Shown: piece by piece, positions 20,458-30,663 of the stretch
Position numbering within the stretch: the first letter of the stretch is position 1
How the letters are laid out: the number at the start of each line of letters is the position of its first letter
Origin: an uncultured Nitrososphaerota archaeon
GTDB lineage: Archaea; Thermoproteota; Nitrososphaeria; Nitrososphaerales; Gagatemarchaeaceae
DNA length: 64,000 nt
Direction of reading: 5' to 3'
Assembly (NCBI GenBank): GCA_963718895.1
Contig: CAVRAG010000008.1
Span: forward strand, 1,440,001-1,504,000
The notes under the pieces: model-generated
Told to the model about the DNA's origin: nothing
Database searches by the model: none
Seen by the model: only the letters and a program-made list of their open reading frames with translations
Position numbers and translations under genes: made by a program

Positions 20458-21007
20458 GTTGCGTGGCATAGGTGGATAAATCGAGCCGCCAGTCATTGCA
20501 GCGCATGTGATGGCCGGGCGGGTACTCGAGGTCGAGCTCGCCGAGGAGTTCAAAGCCCAACTTTCTGCAGACGCCGTTGGAGGGGGCGTTGTCCACCGAC
20601 GGGGACGCGTGCACGAACCTGTTCCGCCCCTGTGAGCAAGCCTTCTCCATCGCCAACGAGGCACCTTTCGTGGCCACCCCCCGCCGCTGAAACTCCGGGA
20701 GCACGCTCCAGCCGACCTCCCAGACGGTCTCGTCCTTCAGCGGTCTCTCCCAGTACACGACCGAGCCCGCGGGAGCTGCTTCGCTCCCCAGCGTGACCAC
20801 GAAGACATGGGTCGTATCGGAGCCTGCGGCCTGAAGGTAACGGGCATGCCGCTTGCGAAGCTGCTCTGGTGTCTCCGGACCGCCGAGGTGTGTCATCATG
20901 GCCGGGTCGCCAAGCAGGCGCTCGAGCAACCAGAAGTCGCGTTCTGAGTAAGGTCTCAGAGCGACCTGCACCGGACCACCGAGATCCGCCGGACGGGACG
21001 CGACCAC
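20450..21007 (-). CDS. GNAT (RimJ/RimL-like) N-acetyltransferase
   Basis: EVGWSVLPEFQRRGVA, NAPSNGVCRKLGF; start uncertain (GTG). Confidence 0.9.
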   Translation of the reverse strand: MVASRPADLGGPVQVALRPYSERDFWLLERLLGDPAMMTHLGGPETPEQLRKRHARYLQAAGSDTTHVFVVTLGSEAAPAGSVVYWERPLKDETVWEVGWSVLPEFQRRGVATKGASLAMEKACSQGRNRFVHASPSVDNAPSNGVCRKLGFELLGELDLEYPPGHHMRCNDWRLDLSTYATQRP

Positions 21008-21053
21008 ACCCGATAAAGAGAGTTTGCCGGTATTAAATTGGCCGCAGCGCCCT

Positions 21054-21080
21054 GGGTTCATAGCGCCTCCGCCGGGGATT
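21054..21080 (+). repeat. Cassette repeat copy
   Basis: GGGTTCATAGCGCCTCCGCCGGGGATT. Confidence 0.88.
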
Positions 21081-21089
21081 ACGGGCAGC

Positions 21090-21479
21090 CTAGATTTGGA
21101 AATGCTTCACGCGTATTTCTGTGACCTTCGTCAGAGCTTCGTCGGTGGTCAGAAGAGTCGCACCGAGCCTCTCTGTCAGAGCTGCGGCAAGGGCATCCGC
21201 CAATGATAGGTGGCTGTACCTGCATTTGTTCAATCCAGCAGACTCCGCCAGCTCCCCTTCTGCAACGACTTCCTCCAGAATGGTCTGCGTCTGATGAAAG
21301 CGGACCATGGCCGTCTCCCGGCCGAACTTCTGGCAGACCTTGTAGTAGAACTCCGCCAGGTTCGTCGAGGCGACATAGCCGTGGGCTCCGCCATCCTGAA
21401 TCTTTGCGAAGAACGGTTTGATTCGCTCGTCTCCCGCGTAGAACAGGGAGAGAGCGCCTGTGTCAATCACATACTTCAT
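21090..21479 (-). CDS. vapC: VapC PIN-domain toxin
   Basis: YVIDTG, NLAEFYY, SLADA, LLTTD. Confidence 0.92.
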   Translation of the reverse strand: MKYVIDTGALSLFYAGDERIKPFFAKIQDGGAHGYVASTNLAEFYYKVCQKFGRETAMVRFHQTQTILEEVVAEGELAESAGLNKCRYSHLSLADALAAALTERLGATLLTTDEALTKVTEIRVKHFQI

Positions 21480-21724
21480 GGCTCGCGCGCCTCTCGCCTG
21501 TGTTCCTCCTTGAGCTCCCGGACGGCTTCCCTGAGGGCCTGGCTGCGTTCTCTGTCGATTCCGAACAGGGCGTCGATGGCGGGCACAGGAACCAGGACGA
21601 TCTCGGAGTCCTTCTCGATGAAGACTATCTTGCTGCCTGGCTTAATCCTGTAACGGGCCCTGAGGCGGGCCGGGATGTTTACCATGCTCTTGCTGGTCAC
21701 GGTAGCTGTTTCAGGCATAACCAT
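21476..21724 (-). CDS. AbrB/MazE-type antitoxin
   Basis: VTSKSMVNIPARLR; ATGA overlap with vapC. Confidence 0.9.
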   Translation of the reverse strand: MVMPETATVTSKSMVNIPARLRARYRIKPGSKIVFIEKDSEIVLVPVPAIDALFGIDRERSQALREAVRELKEEHRREAREP

Positions 21725-21752
21725 GCGAATTCACGAAAACCATGTATTAAAG

Positions 21753-21804
21753 CATACACATGGTTCAGTCCCTTCGCCGGTCCATTTCATACACAAGTCG
21801 GACC
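21753..21804 (+). repeat. Cassette repeat copy (degenerate core, right arm kept)
   Basis: CATACACATGGTTCAGTCCCTTCGCCGGTCCATTTCATACACAAGTCGGACC. Confidence 0.7.
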
Positions 21805-21872
21805 ACCCGGTGCGACGTACGGTGGTGGCCTGCCAAGAAAGTCTAAAAGTCTGAGCGTCAGATTCGCGTCTC

Positions 21873-22808
21873 ATGAGACAGCTTGACGCCCTCAAGTCGC
21901 CGCGGTTCACCCAGATCTCGACTTTTGCGAGACTCCCGCACACTCAGAATCTGAGGGGGGTGAGAGCGTGCTTCGTCGGGGTGCCCTTTGACGATGCTGT
22001 GACCTACAGGACGGGCGCGAGGTTCGGTCCCAGTTCGATCAGGCAGGCCTCGAGACTGTTGAGGCCGTACAACCCGTTTCTCGACGTATACCCGTTCGAT
22101 GAACTGAACGCCTGCGACTATGGCGACGTCAACATCATTCCAGGGTACACCGAAGACACGATGAAACTGGTCCAAGAGGAACTTACTACTCTTGCGAGGA
22201 AGACAGTTCCGTTCATAGCTGGAGGCGACCACTCGATAACGCTGCCGGTGCTTCGGACGATGCGCGCGATCCATGGAAAGGTCAACCTCGTCCACCTCGA
22301 CTCTCACTACGACTTTTGGAACAGCTACTGGGGGAAGAAGTACACGCACGGGACATGGCTCAGGAGAGCTTTGGAGGAGGGTCTGCTGAAAGAGGTCTTC
22401 CAGGTCGGGATCAGGGCCTCGCTCTTCTCGAAGGAAGACGTCAGAGATTCGGAGAGACTGAAAATCCACAGCTTCAACATCCGTGAAACGAAGCACAATC
22501 AGGCTAGAATCATCAGGGACATCAACGCCCTGAAGGGGAAGACCTACGTGTCGTTGGACATCGATGTCACGGACCCTGCCTTCGCGCCGGGGACAGGCAC
22601 TCCGGAAGTGGGGGGCCTCTCCAGCTTTGAACTGGTCGAGTTCGTGAGGTCCATGAAGCTCGATCTCGTCGGTTTCGACGTGGTCGAGGTCTCTCCACCG
22701 TACGATCTCAGCGAACTGACAAGCATGCTCGCCGCAAACCTGCTGTATGAGGGGATGAGCCTGCTGGCCAAGAACTCGGCCCGGAAAGGGCCGCGAAGCA
22801 AGAGTTAG
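21873..22808 (+). CDS. speB: Agmatinase (ureohydrolase family)
   Basis: GGDHSIT, DSHYD, SLDIDVTDPAFAPGTGTP. Confidence 0.93.
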   Translation: MRQLDALKSPRFTQISTFARLPHTQNLRGVRACFVGVPFDDAVTYRTGARFGPSSIRQASRLLRPYNPFLDVYPFDELNACDYGDVNIIPGYTEDTMKLVQEELTTLARKTVPFIAGGDHSITLPVLRTMRAIHGKVNLVHLDSHYDFWNSYWGKKYTHGTWLRRALEEGLLKEVFQVGIRASLFSKEDVRDSERLKIHSFNIRETKHNQARIIRDINALKGKTYVSLDIDVTDPAFAPGTGTPEVGGLSSFELVEFVRSMKLDLVGFDVVEVSPPYDLSELTSMLAANLLYEGMSLLAKNSARKGPRSKS

Positions 22809-22940
22809 CCAATCATCTCAAGGTGAAGGACTCGACAAGGGGAACTTGTGTGCTCCCGGGGGGGGTCAACCAGAGGGACGGATGTTCGACCAATCGAGTC
22901 GGCGACCTGCAAGGAGCCCTTCAGATTCAGGGAGACCTTT

Positions 22941-22968
22941 GCCACGCGTAGGCTTCATTGCGCTTCTG
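22941..22968 (+). repeat. Cassette repeat copy (left arm + part of core)
   Basis: GCCACGCGTAGGCTTCATTGCGCTTCTG. Confidence 0.8.
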
Positions 22969-23127
22969 AGCATCTCGATGAGAGCTCCTCAAGGTGGCCC
23001 TAAGACCTGACGAACATGAAGTCCATCTCGAACAATGGCAAGGGTCTGCACTCCAAAAACGACTGGTGAGCGGTATCTGGACAGACGGACGACTAGGATT
23101 GTGGTGGTGTCCCCGATCGGTGGCCGC

Positions 23128-23496
23128 TCAGGCGGAACCCTTCGCAACGAACTTGAGAGATATCGAATTGGCACAGTGCCTGGTGTTCTTTGCTGTGAAA
23201 CCCTCGTCAAGGAAGACGTGGCCCAGATGAGCACCACAGTTGGCGCACTCGATCTCCGTCCTGTCTCCGTCGGCGTCGGTAACTCTCTTGACCGAGCCCG
23301 GTATCTCGTCATCGAAGGCCGGCCACCCGCACCTCGCGTCGAACTTGTCTTCCGACCGATACAGGGGTGTCTCGCATCTCCTGCAGACATATGTCCCTGG
23401 CTTGAAGTTGTGCTCGTATTCGCCAGAGAAGGGCATCTCTGTTCCTTTGTGAACTATCACTTCTTCCTCTTCCGGAGATAGTTTGTTCATCTTCAA
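23128..23496 (-). CDS. msrB: Methionine-R-sulfoxide reductase
   Basis: GTEMPFSG, CGWPAF, HLGHVF, RHCANS. Confidence 0.96.
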   Translation of the reverse strand: MKMNKLSPEEEEVIVHKGTEMPFSGEYEHNFKPGTYVCRRCETPLYRSEDKFDARCGWPAFDDEIPGSVKRVTDADGDRTEIECANCGAHLGHVFLDEGFTAKNTRHCANSISLKFVAKGSA

Positions 23497-23589
23497 TGGT
23501 CTCGCTTTCAGCTTTTCTGCGGCTCACTCTCTATTAAACGCACGTCGTGCAGCGCGGTTCTCGGAGGATGGGCAGGGATGGGCGGGTGC

Positions 23590-23610
23590 AGGGTTCATCG
23601 CGTCCCCGCC
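23590..23610 (+). repeat. Cassette repeat copy (core)
   Basis: AGGGTTCATCGCGTCCCCGCC. Confidence 0.65.
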
Positions 23611-23619
23611 TCACGTGGT

Positions 23620-23928
23620 CTAGGTCGTCGCGTCGGTATACCACCCGTCCGGGGAGCCGGCAAAGTTCTCCGGGCACGTGGTCGTTCGGCCGAGCCTGAA
23701 CTCGAGCCAGACCTTGTCTGTCCTCCGTGTGATCTTGACCACCTCGCCCTCCCAGGACTTCTCGGGAGTCCTCATCTCCTTGTCCACCTTGACGAAGACC
23801 GCCGGAGTATGGTCTGCCAGCCTCTCGGGGTTCATCACTGCGCCGCGGAGCATCGTGTATGGAAACGAGGAGACGTAGCCTACCCTGTCCCAGTGGTTCG
23901 GCCGGCTGGTGATCAAGACGTATCTCAA
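23620..23928 (-). CDS. Hypothetical protein
   Basis: 102-aa ORF ending 10 nt from a repeat. Confidence 0.55.
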   Translation of the reverse strand: MRYVLITSRPNHWDRVGYVSSFPYTMLRGAVMNPERLADHTPAVFVKVDKEMRTPEKSWEGEVVKITRRTDKVWLEFRLGRTTTCPENFAGSPDGWYTDATT

Positions 23929-24129
23929 GGCGGGAGTCGCCCTCGCGGCAGGCCGGGTAGATAATGCTTCGAGGCGCTTCCAATTTCAAGGCGCGCCAGC
24001 TCCGCTGGGTTGGCAAAGATGTGGGCTTGACAATACACAGCGTTCATTGTCGGCCGGTGCAACTGGCCCGATAGGGTGCGAAAGACACCCGTCTTGGCTC
24101 AACCGGACGAACAACGGACGACTTCGGCA

Positions 24130-25758
24130 TCAGATCTGTTTCCCTATTCTTCGAAGCGCGGCTATCGAGCAGAACAGCAAGATTACTCCGACCTGGACGG
24201 CCACGAGCAGCAAGTACGAGGTAGGGAGAGATGTACTGGATGCTCCTATCGAGCTTGAGCTGGCAGACGACCCGGTTGAGGTGACGACAGAGGCGGACGA
24301 GGAGGCGGAGCTGGTCGGAGACGAGGTGGTGCTGGAGCTGGTTGTCGTGGATGTGACTGAGCTGGTGGTCGTGGATGTGGTCGACCCCGTCTTCGAACTC
24401 GTTGTTGTACTCGTTGTCTGTGCTCCAATGAGAGGCAGCGTATAGGATCCTGACTCCCGCCCCAGGTAGACATAGTTGGGGGTGCCCACTGATATGTTTG
24501 AGAACCCGTTGCCTGCATATGAGACCTGGAGGTTGTCGGCCGTCTCCCCTGTGTTTCCTCCGAAGCTGTAGTCGGACGGATATGCCGTCTGTGCGTCCGT
24601 GGTCGAGTTACCGTAGAAGAGACCTAGGGAAGCGCTGAGCTGCGTGAACTGGGTGGACTCCCCGTTCCCCTCCCCGCCGAAGACCAGCTCCGATTCGTAG
24701 AAGAGGCCGTCGGGGACTGTGGCGTTCCCTGAGACCTCGAAATAGGCGCTCTGAACGGAGGGATCGTGTATCGTTGCGTTGTCGAACCAGTTGATCGCTT
24801 GCACCGGCGCCGGCCCGTTATGAATCACCTGGACGCCGATCTGCAGCGTGACTCCCACACCCGGCACGGCAATCTCGCTCATGATCAGTGCCAGCTGTAG
24901 GGGTAGCGCGTAAGTGGTGTTCGAGGACTGGAAGGAATAGTAGTATCCAGGGTTCGCGGGGTAGGCGTACCCCCCATCCGCCGAGGTGATGGTCTTGTTG
25001 CTCAGGAACCCAGAGACGCTCCCGTTCCAGACATTGTCGGCCCATGAGACCTTCGAGGCTGCGGTGACGAAGTCGGGCGTGTTCTGAACCCAGTAGTTCT
25101 GTTGTTGACCTCCCTTCTCATTGACCACGAGGATCGAGTTCAGTTGGAGAGTCGCGCCAGAGACCGTGTCGTTATAGGATGGGGCCGACGCGTTGTAGGC
25201 TTGCAACGACGCAACGTCGGCAACGCCCACCACGTCGCTGCTCTCTACCGCGTATGGGGTTACCTTCCCAGAGTCATTGTAGAGCCCGAAGGCCGCGACG
25301 CCCGAGGGCTCGGGCGGGGTAAGCGGGTAGGCGAAGTACGGGCTGATGGGGAAGGTCTGAACGTCATAGCTCACGTTCGCGCTCCGTCCATAGGCGACGA
25401 AGAGGAGGTAGTACAGACCCTCCGAGACCTTCAAGGAGTGTTGGACAGTGGTGCCGTTCTGGAGAAATAGCGAGGCCGAGATATCGCTCACGCCGTTGTT
25501 GAAAGATGTGTACTGTGAGTTTGTCATGAGCGCGGTCGAGAGGCTCGTGTTGCTGCTCACAGCGAAGGAGATTGTCGTGAGAGTCGACGGTGCGGCGACC
25601 TCAATGGGCTGGTAGTAACCGGAGGGCAGGACCAATTGGTAGGGGAGGGGCGCGGTGGAGTGGGTAAAAGCTGCGACAGAGGCGACTGAGAATACGGGGG
25701 AGAGAAGAAGGAAGGCGAACGCTATTGACAGCCCGCCTGGTGCACGGCGCCTTTCCAT
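24130..25758 (-). CDS. Thermopsin-family (peptidase A5) surface protease with Ser/Thr stalk and C-terminal TM
   Basis: PSGVAAFGL, LQLN, YWVQN, ELVFGGEGNG, TGETADN. Confidence 0.88.
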   Translation of the reverse strand: MERRRAPGGLSIAFAFLLLSPVFSVASVAAFTHSTAPLPYQLVLPSGYYQPIEVAAPSTLTTISFAVSSNTSLSTALMTNSQYTSFNNGVSDISASLFLQNGTTVQHSLKVSEGLYYLLFVAYGRSANVSYDVQTFPISPYFAYPLTPPEPSGVAAFGLYNDSGKVTPYAVESSDVVGVADVASLQAYNASAPSYNDTVSGATLQLNSILVVNEKGGQQQNYWVQNTPDFVTAASKVSWADNVWNGSVSGFLSNKTITSADGGYAYPANPGYYYSFQSSNTTYALPLQLALIMSEIAVPGVGVTLQIGVQVIHNGPAPVQAINWFDNATIHDPSVQSAYFEVSGNATVPDGLFYESELVFGGEGNGESTQFTQLSASLGLFYGNSTTDAQTAYPSDYSFGGNTGETADNLQVSYAGNGFSNISVGTPNYVYLGRESGSYTLPLIGAQTTSTTTSSKTGSTTSTTTSSVTSTTTSSSTTSSPTSSASSSASVVTSTGSSASSSSIGASSTSLPTSYLLLVAVQVGVILLFCSIAALRRIGKQI

Positions 25759-25910
25759 TGTTGTAGCTCAACCCTCAATGTATATACACACTTGGAATCG
25801 TCATCCCTCTGGCCGTTAAACGACCCTCTTCATGATGGATGCTCAGCCTGGCAGTCCTGAGCATATCGTGCTCTGTAACTTCGCTTAGCTATCGAATCTT
25901 ATCAATCGAT

Positions 25911-26765
25911 TCAGAACGCCGAGCCCGTCATGCGGTCGCTCAATTCCCACAGTTTCGTCGCTGCCGCTTCGTCGTATGACTGTTCGGACGACCTCTTTGG
26001 CTTGCACTTCTCGTAGTACTTCCCCGTGACGCCCTCGACCTCGGGCGACGATGCGAGGTAGACCGAAGTCTTCGCCCCTTCATCGGGGCTGAGCATGAAC
26101 AGAGCCGCCAGCCTCGTAAAGGGACTGAACACTCCCGCGTGAGACCAGATGTCCGTCCTGACCGCGCCCGGATGGAGGCAGTTCGCGGTGACCCCACTCC
26201 CCTGGAGCCGGCGCGCGAGTTCGTAGGTGAAGAGGATGAGGGCCAACTTCGACCTCCGGTAGGCACCGAGGCCGCCCGGTCCCATCTTCCCCCTGCCGTT
26301 GATGTTCTCGAAATCGAGTGATGCCCCATAGTGCCCACCGGAGGAGACGTTCACCACCCTCGACGGCGCACTCTTCCTGAGGGTGCTGACCAGAAGGTTC
26401 GTGAGGAGGAACTGCGAGAAGTAGTTCAGCGCCATCGTCCGCTCTATCCCGTCGTCGGTCTCCTTGTAGTCGATGAAGTCGGAACCCGCGTTGTTCAGCA
26501 GGACGTCGAGCCGGGAGCGCGTCGAGATGAACTCGGATGCGGCCCTCCGCACCTCCCTCTGGACGAGCATGTCAGCTATGATCAAATCCACGGCTCTGCC
26601 GGAGGAGGATGCGATCTCGGCGCGGGCCTTCTCGGCCTTCTCTCGGTTCCTGCAGAGCAGGGTCAGGTCGGCTCCCATCTTCGCCAACGACACCGCTGAG
26701 GCCTTGCCTATCCCAGAGTTCCCTCCGGTGATCAGGACGACCTTCCCTTCCATGGGCGAGGTCAT
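25911..26765 (-). CDS. Short-chain dehydrogenase (retinol-DH-like)
   Basis: TGGNSGIG, NNAG, YRRSK, HPGAVRT. Confidence 0.93.
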   Translation of the reverse strand: MTSPMEGKVVLITGGNSGIGKASAVSLAKMGADLTLLCRNREKAEKARAEIASSSGRAVDLIIADMLVQREVRRAASEFISTRSRLDVLLNNAGSDFIDYKETDDGIERTMALNYFSQFLLTNLLVSTLRKSAPSRVVNVSSGGHYGASLDFENINGRGKMGPGGLGAYRRSKLALILFTYELARRLQGSGVTANCLHPGAVRTDIWSHAGVFSPFTRLAALFMLSPDEGAKTSVYLASSPEVEGVTGKYYEKCKPKRSSEQSYDEAAATKLWELSDRMTGSAF

Positions 26766-26906
26766 TGATGTTGTTGAGGTCCGGCCGATGATAAAGGTTG
26801 AGCGAGGCCGCAATGATTCGTGACCTCCGCCCGCTTGTTTTGGCCGAGATGACGAAAGAAAGGCATGCCATGTATGAGGTTTGTTCCGCCTCCGCCACGC
26901 TCCTAA

Positions 26907-27533
26907 CTACGGTATTTTGGTGTCTCGGAGCCGCCGACCCCGCGGAGATTGCAGGCCCTGTATCAGGGAGCTTAATCCATCCCTCCACACCTTCTTCGCC
27001 TCTGCCTTCTCGAGGCCCTGAAGGACGCTCACGATGACTCCATGGCGAAGCGCGACGACCACGCGGGCGACTGCGGTCGAATCGACCTCGCTAGAAATCT
27101 CCCCTTGCTCCTTGAGCCCGTCGATGAATCTTGAGATGATCTCCACATACCTGTCGTAGGTCTCTCCGACCATCTTCTGCAGGGTGGGGTTCCTCGGTGC
27201 CTCCGCGAGCGCCTCGAACATCAGGGCCCTCTCGCGCGTGTGCCTCTCCAGCTCGGCGTCCATGTGTTCCTCAGCCACCTTATGGAAGGCTCCGTCCGTA
27301 AAGCCTGACCTGAGGGCCTCCTCGAGTTCCCCGGCGTTGACGAGGCAGAGCTCCTGGAAGAGCTTCTCCTTGCTCTCGAAGTACTGGTAGACCGCGCCCT
27401 TGCTGACGCCTATGGCGCTCGCTATATCGTCCATGGTCGCCTCGTGGTATCCCTTCCGGGCGAAGACCTCGGCTGCGGTCGTGAGAATCCTCTTCTTCGC
27501 CTGCTCCTTGTACTCCGGAATCACCCTCGGCAT
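26907..27533 (-). CDS. TetR/AcrR family regulator
   Basis: FARKGYHEATMDDIA...KGAVYQYF. Confidence 0.94.
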   Translation of the reverse strand: MPRVIPEYKEQAKKRILTTAAEVFARKGYHEATMDDIASAIGVSKGAVYQYFESKEKLFQELCLVNAGELEEALRSGFTDGAFHKVAEEHMDAELERHTRERALMFEALAEAPRNPTLQKMVGETYDRYVEIISRFIDGLKEQGEISSEVDSTAVARVVVALRHGVIVSVLQGLEKAEAKKVWRDGLSSLIQGLQSPRGRRLRDTKIP

Positions 27534-27638
27534 ATGTCCGCCGACGGGATTGGCGTTTATTTAAGTCTGATTCCCATGGTCGGAAAATATGCGTAAGGTA
27601 TTAATAGTTACTCTATAGTCGCTTTTGGAAGAGCGAGT

Positions 27639-29120
27639 TTGGAGACAGTCACGACGCTGAAGTCCCCTGAACTAGGCGCCAAGGGAACGTCCAACCACCA
27701 ACTCCGCACGCTTCTAGCGATGGCCAGCGTCGCGCTTCTGCTCAACTACGTCGAGACCATGGTCATCCCTGGGGTGCCCACCATCCAGAAGGATTTCTCC
27801 ACGACGTCGAGCTTGGTCTCTTGGATTACCTCGGGCTTCCTCATCGTCGGCAGTGCGGTCTCCCCGCTGATGGGGAAGCTGGGTGACAGCTACGGGAAGA
27901 AGCGGATGTTCCTCGTCGCACTCGTCTTCTACACGGCTGGTGTGGGCCTCGCCGGCTTCTCGCCCTCGATTTACTTCCTGATCGCGGCCAGGGCTGTGCA
28001 GGGCATAGGGTTCGCGGTCATCCCGCTGGCGCTGGCGATAATCTCCGAGGTCTTCCCCAAGGAGAGGATAGCCATGGCGCAGGGCATAATTAGCGCGACG
28101 TTTGCTATCGGCGCGGCCGCTGGCCTCGTGCTGGGCGCGTACATCGTCCAGGACATCGGGTGGCAGTGGGCCTTCCATTCGGCCTTCGTCGTCAGCGTCG
28201 CCCTCTTCTTTGTCATGGCCAGGGTGATACCCATTGGCTCTCAGGGTACAGGGCGGAAGGTCGACTACAGCACCATCGGCATGCTGATGGCGGGCGTCTC
28301 CCTGGCGCTGCTCTACCTGACAGAGGGACCCTACCAAGGATGGTACTCGTGGTACGACCTGGTGGCGCTTGCGACCGGGCTGGCACTGACCGTCGGCTTC
28401 TTCGTGGCGGAGGGCAGGAGGGAGAACCCCCTGATTCCGCCCAAGCTGCTGGCGATCAGGAACGTCCAGGTCGCCAACGGGGTCGGCGTCATCTCGGGGA
28501 TATCCATGTTCCTGCTCTTCTTCGCCGTGACCTACTATACACAGCTACCCAAGGCGTTCGGAGGCCTCGGACTGAGCGTCATCTCCTCCGGGCTGACCGT
28601 GGCGCCCGCGACGGTCCTGATGCTCGTCGCCGGGCCGGTGATGGGCAGGATGGTCTCGAAGGTCGGCCCCAAGCCCATAATCATCCTGGGAGCCCTGATA
28701 GGCATCGCAGGGAGCCTCCTCTTCGTCTTCAACCGGGGCACCTCCCTGGATGTGACGATAGACGCGGCTGTCTCGCTGGTCGGGGCCGTCTCCGTAATCA
28801 TACCCATCGTGAACATGGTCACCATCTCACTCCCCCGGGAGAGCGTGGCGACCGGACTCGGGCTCAACACGATGCTCAGGAACATCGGAGGCGCCCTGGG
28901 CCCAGTCCTGGCGACGACGATAATGAGCACCTACACGCTGAACGTCCCCAAGGGGCTGGCGCCGCCCGGGCTCTCCCTGCCCTCGGCCGCAGCCTTCGAC
29001 TACATCTTCTACTTGGGTGCCGCTGCCCTGGTCGTGGCAATACTGCTCTCACTGGCGGCGAAGAACTACACCTTCCCGACGCCTGAGAAGCCTGCGCTTC
29101 ACACAGAAGAAAAGCCATGA
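27639..29120 (+). CDS. MFS (DHA2-like, 14-TM) efflux transporter
   Basis: GKLGDSYGKK motif A; divergent from TetR. Confidence 0.93.
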   Translation: METVTTLKSPELGAKGTSNHQLRTLLAMASVALLLNYVETMVIPGVPTIQKDFSTTSSLVSWITSGFLIVGSAVSPLMGKLGDSYGKKRMFLVALVFYTAGVGLAGFSPSIYFLIAARAVQGIGFAVIPLALAIISEVFPKERIAMAQGIISATFAIGAAAGLVLGAYIVQDIGWQWAFHSAFVVSVALFFVMARVIPIGSQGTGRKVDYSTIGMLMAGVSLALLYLTEGPYQGWYSWYDLVALATGLALTVGFFVAEGRRENPLIPPKLLAIRNVQVANGVGVISGISMFLLFFAVTYYTQLPKAFGGLGLSVISSGLTVAPATVLMLVAGPVMGRMVSKVGPKPIIILGALIGIAGSLLFVFNRGTSLDVTIDAAVSLVGAVSVIIPIVNMVTISLPRESVATGLGLNTMLRNIGGALGPVLATTIMSTYTLNVPKGLAPPGLSLPSAAAFDYIFYLGAAALVVAILLSLAAKNYTFPTPEKPALHTEEKP

Positions 29121-29174
29121 TTTGTAATCGGCAGTTTTGTCCTCAAGAGAATTCGTCGATCAAGAGGAGGGGAA

Positions 29175-29202
29175 GTCATACATGAGGTTCATTGCGCTTG
29201 CC
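29175..29202 (+). repeat. Cassette repeat copy (inside 3' end of DUF1801 gene)
   Basis: GTCATACATGAGGTTCATTGCGCTTGCC. Confidence 0.7.
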
Positions 29203-29559
29203 ATGTCGACTCCTAGGCGTTCTTCCAGCCGTGAGCTTTCCTGCTTCCTTGAGAATCCGGATCACCTCGGTCTCATCGATATCGGCCGAAGGCTCGACGG
29301 ACACGTGGCGCATGCCCCTTCCGGTTCCTTCCAAGAGAGTGGAAGAAATTTGCGCGCCATACATCAGGTACAGGTTGACGTGCCTACTGTATTCTGCTAT
29401 GGACGCCACCCCGACTCCGTTGAACGTATAGTAGGGGACGTTCCACTTTATCGCCTCAGGGACCCCCGGCAAGGCCTTCTTCACCAATGAGCGGAGCTCC
29501 TCGAACTGGCTCCTCAGCTTCGGATCGACCTTGGAGATGTAGGCGTCAACGTCAGACAT
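29176..29559 (-). CDS. DUF1801 (YdhG-like) protein
   Basis: VDAYI, EAIKWNVPYY, LLEGTGRGMRHV. Confidence 0.9.
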   Translation of the reverse strand: MSDVDAYISKVDPKLRSQFEELRSLVKKALPGVPEAIKWNVPYYTFNGVGVASIAEYSRHVNLYLMYGAQISSTLLEGTGRGMRHVSVEPSADIDETEVIRILKEAGKLTAGRTPRSRHGKRNEPHV

Positions 29560-29648
29560 GGAGGTTCGATGCGCCTGCGTGATACTTTAGGATTCGGAAT
29601 CAGCCGGGCCCTCATGTCCCCTGCGACTGCTGTGGGTCAGGGACGGCA

Positions 29649-29693
29649 GCCACGTGTGGGATTCACTGCGCCTCCGCCGGTCCGTCTCATCCA
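29649..29693 (+). repeat. Cassette repeat copy
   Basis: GCCACGTGTGGGATTCACTGCGCCTCCGCCGGTCCGTCTCATCCA. Confidence 0.88.
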
Positions 29694-29783
29694 GGTTTCC
29701 TGTCCATCTCTCAGAGGTTTCAACGACATGGAACGGCGGCGATGCGATAGTTATTTATGAGGCGGGGGTCACATTAGGAACTG

Positions 29784-30200
29784 ATGCGTTCCTGTCCCTA
29801 CTGCGGCGCCGTCGTCGAGTCTGCACCCAGCGCAGGCACAGCCTCAATCGAGGAAGGCGGCAAGGTCGCAACGAGAGCGATGGAGCACTATGCTTGCCAG
29901 GCGTGCGGCCGCAAGTTCGGAGTAATCAAGGGAAGAACTGAGAGTGTGTTGATCCCGGCGAAGGTCGTGGAAGAGATGCGGACCCGCCTGGAACGGGCCC
30001 TCGCAAACAACGAATCGCTGCGGAAGAAGGCCAGCCAGCTCGCAAACGAGACCAGGAGCCTCAAGGCCTCATTGAAGACAGCTCGCGAGACGGCCTACTC
30101 CAAGTCTCTTCGGAGCAGAATGACGGAACTCGAGCGCCATGTCGAATCCCTGAGAAAAGAAAAGGGACGGCTGGAAGAGCAGCTCGCGCTGATGGGGTAA
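29784..30200 (+). CDS. Zn-finger plus coiled-coil hypothetical protein
   Basis: CPYC...CQAC followed by heptad-rich helix. Confidence 0.7.
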   Translation: MRSCPYCGAVVESAPSAGTASIEEGGKVATRAMEHYACQACGRKFGVIKGRTESVLIPAKVVEEMRTRLERALANNESLRKKASQLANETRSLKASLKTARETAYSKSLRSRMTELERHVESLRKEKGRLEEQLALMG

Positions 30201-30207
30201 GCCCCTA

Positions 30208-30462
30208 TCAGTTGGACTGCGGCGAGGAGAGCTCTGCGTCCGAGGACAGACGCACAACCCGATCTTCCAGCGCGGTCTTCTCTATCCTGAGTGACTGGAC
30301 CTGGCTCTCGAGCGAGGATGCGTTCCGCTCAAGTGTCTTGATAGTGATTGTCTCGTTCAGGGATTCGATGTCTCCTTGCAGTGCCGACCGTTGTTCTTCG
30401 AGATGCCTTATCCGGTCCTCGAGCTGGCTCTTGGTGTCTACGAATGGCGTTATGGTCTCCAT
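30208..30462 (-). CDS. Small coiled-coil protein
   Basis: Leu heptads; start ATG 30462. Confidence 0.65.
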   Translation of the reverse strand: METITPFVDTKSQLEDRIRHLEEQRSALQGDIESLNETITIKTLERNASSLESQVQSLRIEKTALEDRVVRLSSDAELSSPQSN

Positions 30463-30663
30463 ATTTCCTCGGATGATGCTGGAATGACGTATGTAATACC
30501 AAGTAGGCTCGGAAAGTCTTGATTCAGTGGTGAAGTAGTGTGCAGCAACCTTTCGGAGCGGGGCTGACAAGTCCTGAACGGAGCCAGGTTGACCAATGTT
30601 GAGCTCTTGGGGCCGGCGTGTTGACCGCCTCGATTAATCCGTGACAGGCGCGGAGCTGCCAAC

